From Macrostomum hystrix (Eukaryota > Animalia > Platyhelminthes): a stretch of 64,000 nucleotides of DNA. Shown here in pieces: positions 60,428-64,000 of the stretch (position 1 is the first letter of the stretch; every line of letters begins with the position of its first letter). The notes under the pieces are model-generated. The model made no database searches. It saw nothing but the letters and a program-made list of their open reading frames with translations, and was not told the origin of the DNA. The DNA lies in the NCBI GenBank assembly GCA_950097015.1, contig CATNEN010000002.1, positions 8,184,001-8,248,000 on the forward strand. Direction: 5' to 3'. The position numbers and the translations under genes were made by a program.

Positions 60428-63378
60428 GCATGTGTGGCCAGCTGCAGTGAGGCTGAAATGTTGCAAGACCCGCAACCCGGAGCTGGGGTGGGGAGCTATT
60501 TAGCGCCGAAGTTCTTGTTGCCATGCGAAACCTTGGATTGGGCTTGGCAAAAAAACTGCCGCAAAAATTGGTTTGCGCGTAGGAAAATTTTGGTTTGACT
60601 TCCCCTCGCCGGGTTGAACAATTTGCTTCGCTACTTTGACCGCAAATCCTGAATGGCTTGAAATGCATGCGTGTAAAAATGAAGTTTTGTTTTACTGAAG
60701 TGGATTGGAATTTTCATTTTTCTCGGAAACTCCAACGAGCTCCGCGGTTTCAGAATTGTCTACGCAAAGCCGTAAAATAACTTGAAATTTAACGACCATT
60801 ATCTTCGTAATAAAGACAAGAAAGAATATATTAAGCAGGTGCCTCTACCCCACAATATACTTGTAATTGCGTCGGATAATCCGAAAATCGCAAAATTACG
60901 AGTATCCCGCTGCTTTACAAACCGTCGAAAAAATACCACCATTTCATCCAAAATATAAAAACAACCGAATATATCCCGAACTTTCAATGCATCCAAAAAC
61001 TTTCCCCATATTCACAATGTCAGAGCTGTACGGGCCGGTCACGCGTAGCGTTTTTTCCCCAGCGTATTGAGCTGCGTCATTAATAAAATCAGAAAAAAAT
61101 TGTCATTTGTGCCATGCAGTTATTACTTTTCATTATAATTATTTATTGAACAAGTTAGTTCGGTAATTAAAATAGGGAGCAGTGTGGAATTCTTGTAAAG
61201 TGAAACCAGAAGTGAATAGGGGAGAAAAGAGTGGAGTTGTGGAGAGAAGATAAGTGTGGAGAGCTGAAGAATTATGTTGAATTTTAGTGCAATATTTTTT
61301 ACTAAATATTGCTTAAACAATAAGCAACTCACAAACAGCCTCGAACCCCGCCATCCGCAGGCGAATGTTCCCAGTAGTTCGAGTGTCCTTCGCCGGCCTT
61401 GACCCTGACGAGCGCTACCACGTGGTGATGGACATTGTGTCGGTGGACAAGAACAGGTATCGATACGCTTACCACCGCAGCGCCTGGATGGTGGCCGGCA
61501 AGGGTGACCCGGAGCTGCCACAGCGGCTCTACATCCATCCGGACAGCCCGTTCACCGGCGACCAGTTGATGAAGCAGACGGTCAGCTTTGAGAAGCTGAA
61601 GCTCACGAACAATGTACTGGATAAGCACTATGTGAGTGGCGCGCTCTGCTGGTTAGAATGCGATTCAAATCCAGTAGCACAAGCACTAAACCACGAAAGA
61701 CCATCGACTCGATTAACCCAAGTACTAGATCAATCAAGCCTTATTAACTCTGAAGCCTTCAATGGACATTGGGGCTGCAAAAATCTTAATACAAACACTC
61801 ACTAATAAATGTACATAGCGTAGACTATTCTAACCCCCGCTCACTCCTAACCTCTCCAAATGTACATAGCGTAGACTATTCTAACCCCCGCTCACTCCTA
61901 ACCTCTCCAAATGTACATAGCGTAGACTATTCTAACCCCCGCTCACTCCTAACCTCTCCAAATGTACATAGCGTAGACTATTCTAACCCCCGCTCACTCC
62001 TAACCTCTCCAAATGTACATAGCCTAAACTATTCTAACCCCCGCTCACTCCTTAACCTCTCTAAATGTGCATAGCCTAAACTATTCTAACCCCCTCTCAC
62101 TCCTAACCTCTCCAAATGTACATAGCCTAAACTATTCTAACCCCCTCTCACTCCTAACCTCTCCAAATGTACATAGCCTAAACTATTCTAACCCCCGCTC
62201 ACTCCTAACCTCTCCAAATGTACATAGCCTAAACTATTCTAACCCCCGCTCACTCCTAACCTCTCCAAATGTACATAGCCTAAACTATTCTAACCCCCGC
62301 TCACTCCTAACCTCTCCAAATGTAACATAGCCGATACTATTCTAACCCTTCGCTCACTCCTGACCCCTGAATATACTTAAAAACCCTTCTGACCATTTAA
62401 GGCTCATTAAAGATCTAATTTTATTCCAAATCCTTTGCAAATGGCTCCTGCCATTCCGCAGATAGTGCTGAACTCCATGCACAAGTACCAGCCGCGCATC
62501 CACCTGCTGCGAGTCGGCCAGGCCACCGGCGCCGGCCTGAATCCGGGCTCCGGGCACGTCAGCAACTTTGCCGCGCTGCAGAGTCTAGATCAGAAGAAGT
62601 TCCTGTTTCCTGAGACAGTGTTCATTGCAGTCACGGCCTACCAGAATCAGCTGGTGAGTTAGCAATGAGTGCGCGGAGGCCACGAGAGTTCTCGGGAACT
62701 AGAGGCCACTAATTGAATATCGCCTTATCGAGTCAATGAGTCGATGCGAGGAATTGAAGGCTGAGCTGCACCCTCCCATAATCTCTGTTCGCATCTCCGC
62801 GGGCCGGCCCTCTAAACTCCGCATTTCCTATCAATCACGCGAGAACTATGCAGAAAATGGCAGGGGGAGTCGAGACAGCCTCGACCAGCGCCTTTCACGA
62901 ATCGGTAGCGGCAACTTGTTGCGGGAGGCGGGGCAGAGGGGGCCATCAGTTAGCGCGCGCTCTTAATTGGGCTAATCAAGTGAGGATTAATTTGATTCCG
63001 CACGTCTCTTCTATAGAAATCTCACGCCGTGGCACCCGCTGGGGCAACTCCCGTGACGGGATATCGCAGAAAAAATCCCCGAGACGGGATAAATGGGAGG
63101 CTGGGGCGGGTGGCGAGAAACTTTCTTTCCCAAGTCCTCACTTTGACGGGGGGGCCGGCGGTGCTAATCTACTGGGGCACGGACTGGGGGCAATGGCAGA
63201 TCCTGGAGGATTAGCTAGGATTTGTTGAGCATTTCTCAGAATCTCAAATTTCTTTCCGCTGTCCGAGGCGAGATTAACAATGCTCTGCCGCCCCGTTGCA
63301 GATCACCAAGCTGAAAATCGACAGGAACCCGTTCGCCAAAGGGTTCAGGGACTCGTCTAGACTAACCGACTACGAGAG
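58911..63378 (+). CDS. Tbx20: T-box transcription factor Tbx20 (H15/midline class), 5' part; exons 58911-59292, 59518-59845, 61361-61631, 62462-62653, 63302-63378; continues past the window
   Basis: eh1 motif FSIDSLM. T-box [23 protein letters not shown]...[18 protein letters not shown]...[10 protein letters not shown]...[14 protein letters not shown]...[25 protein letters not shown], whose RDSSRLTD ending is Tbx20-typical. All introns are GT-AG and in phase. Confidence 0.92.
61806..62360. repeat. 51-bp minisatellite in Tbx20 intron 3
   Basis: AATGTACATAGCCTAAACTATTCTAACCCCCGCTCACTCCTAACCTCTCCA, about 11 copies. Confidence 0.95.
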
Positions 63379-63502
63379 GTGAGCTGAGCACACTTTTTAG
63401 AGGCGGTGCGCGCATTCCCGCTTTTTCAATCATTAAAGAAGAACCGGCAGTCCGCGTTCTAATTAGGACTAAAAAGAGCGATAAAAAACTGATATGTCTC
63501 AT

Positions 63503-63912
63503 TCCCGCTCTACCTGTCTTCATTCCCGCTCTACCTGTCTTCATTCCCGCTATACCTGTCTTCATTTCCGCTCTACCTGTCTTCATTCCCGCTCTACCTG
63601 TCTTCATTCCCACTCTACCTGTCTTCATTCCCGCTCTACCTGTCTTCATTCCCACTCTACCTGTCTTCATTCCCGCTCTACCTGTCTTCATTCCCGCTCT
63701 ACCTGTCTTCATTCCCACTCTACCTGTCTTCATTCCCGCTCTACCTGTCTTCATTCCCGCTCTACCTGTCTTCATTCCCGCTCTACCTGTCTTCATTCCC
63801 GCTCTACCTGTCTTCATTCCCGCTCTACCTGTCTTCATTCCCACTCTACCTGTCTTCATTCCCGCTCTACCTGTCTTCATTCCCACTCTACCTGTCTTCA
63901 TTCCCGCTCTCT
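63503..63912. repeat. 21-bp minisatellite in Tbx20 intron 5
   Basis: CATTCCCGCTCTACCTGTCTT, about 19 copies. Confidence 0.95.
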
Positions 63913-64000
63913 CCAGATTAAGATAATTTGGATTCATGTGAAGAAGTGAGGCAGCAGGTGGTTCGATTATTTACTTCAGAAATTCTGCGATCCGCAGACA

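Overview
Eukaryotic (animal) genomic DNA, very rich in minisatellites and transposons. It has GT-AG introns and poly-Ala/poly-Gln tracts; a repeat-rich invertebrate such as a macrostomid flatworm would fit, but that is a guess. Contents in order: (1) an orphan ENaC/degenerin TM2 exon; (2) a four-exon gene whose phase-compatible splicing yields a 740-aa P-loop NTPase plus PD-(D/E)xK nuclease protein, bracketed by two nested pairs of direct repeats (best candidate for an undescribed system); (3) a dead MULE DNA transposon (8075-22752) hosting an intact, young Ty3/Gypsy element that has a -1 frameshift signal and a non-env third ORF with its own promoter, plus a LINE fragment inside one TIR; (4) a partial tetraspanin gene; (5) three tandem copies of a secreted, probably GPI-anchored multi-Ly6/uPAR-like gene, separated by DIRS/Ngaro, CRE-like and RTE-like retroelement debris; (6) a tRNA-derived SINE, an LTR remnant, an orphan TRPM exon and many satellites; (7) a possible minus-strand gene and the first five exons of Tbx20. 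All protein assignments come from reading motifs by eye; no database search was run.
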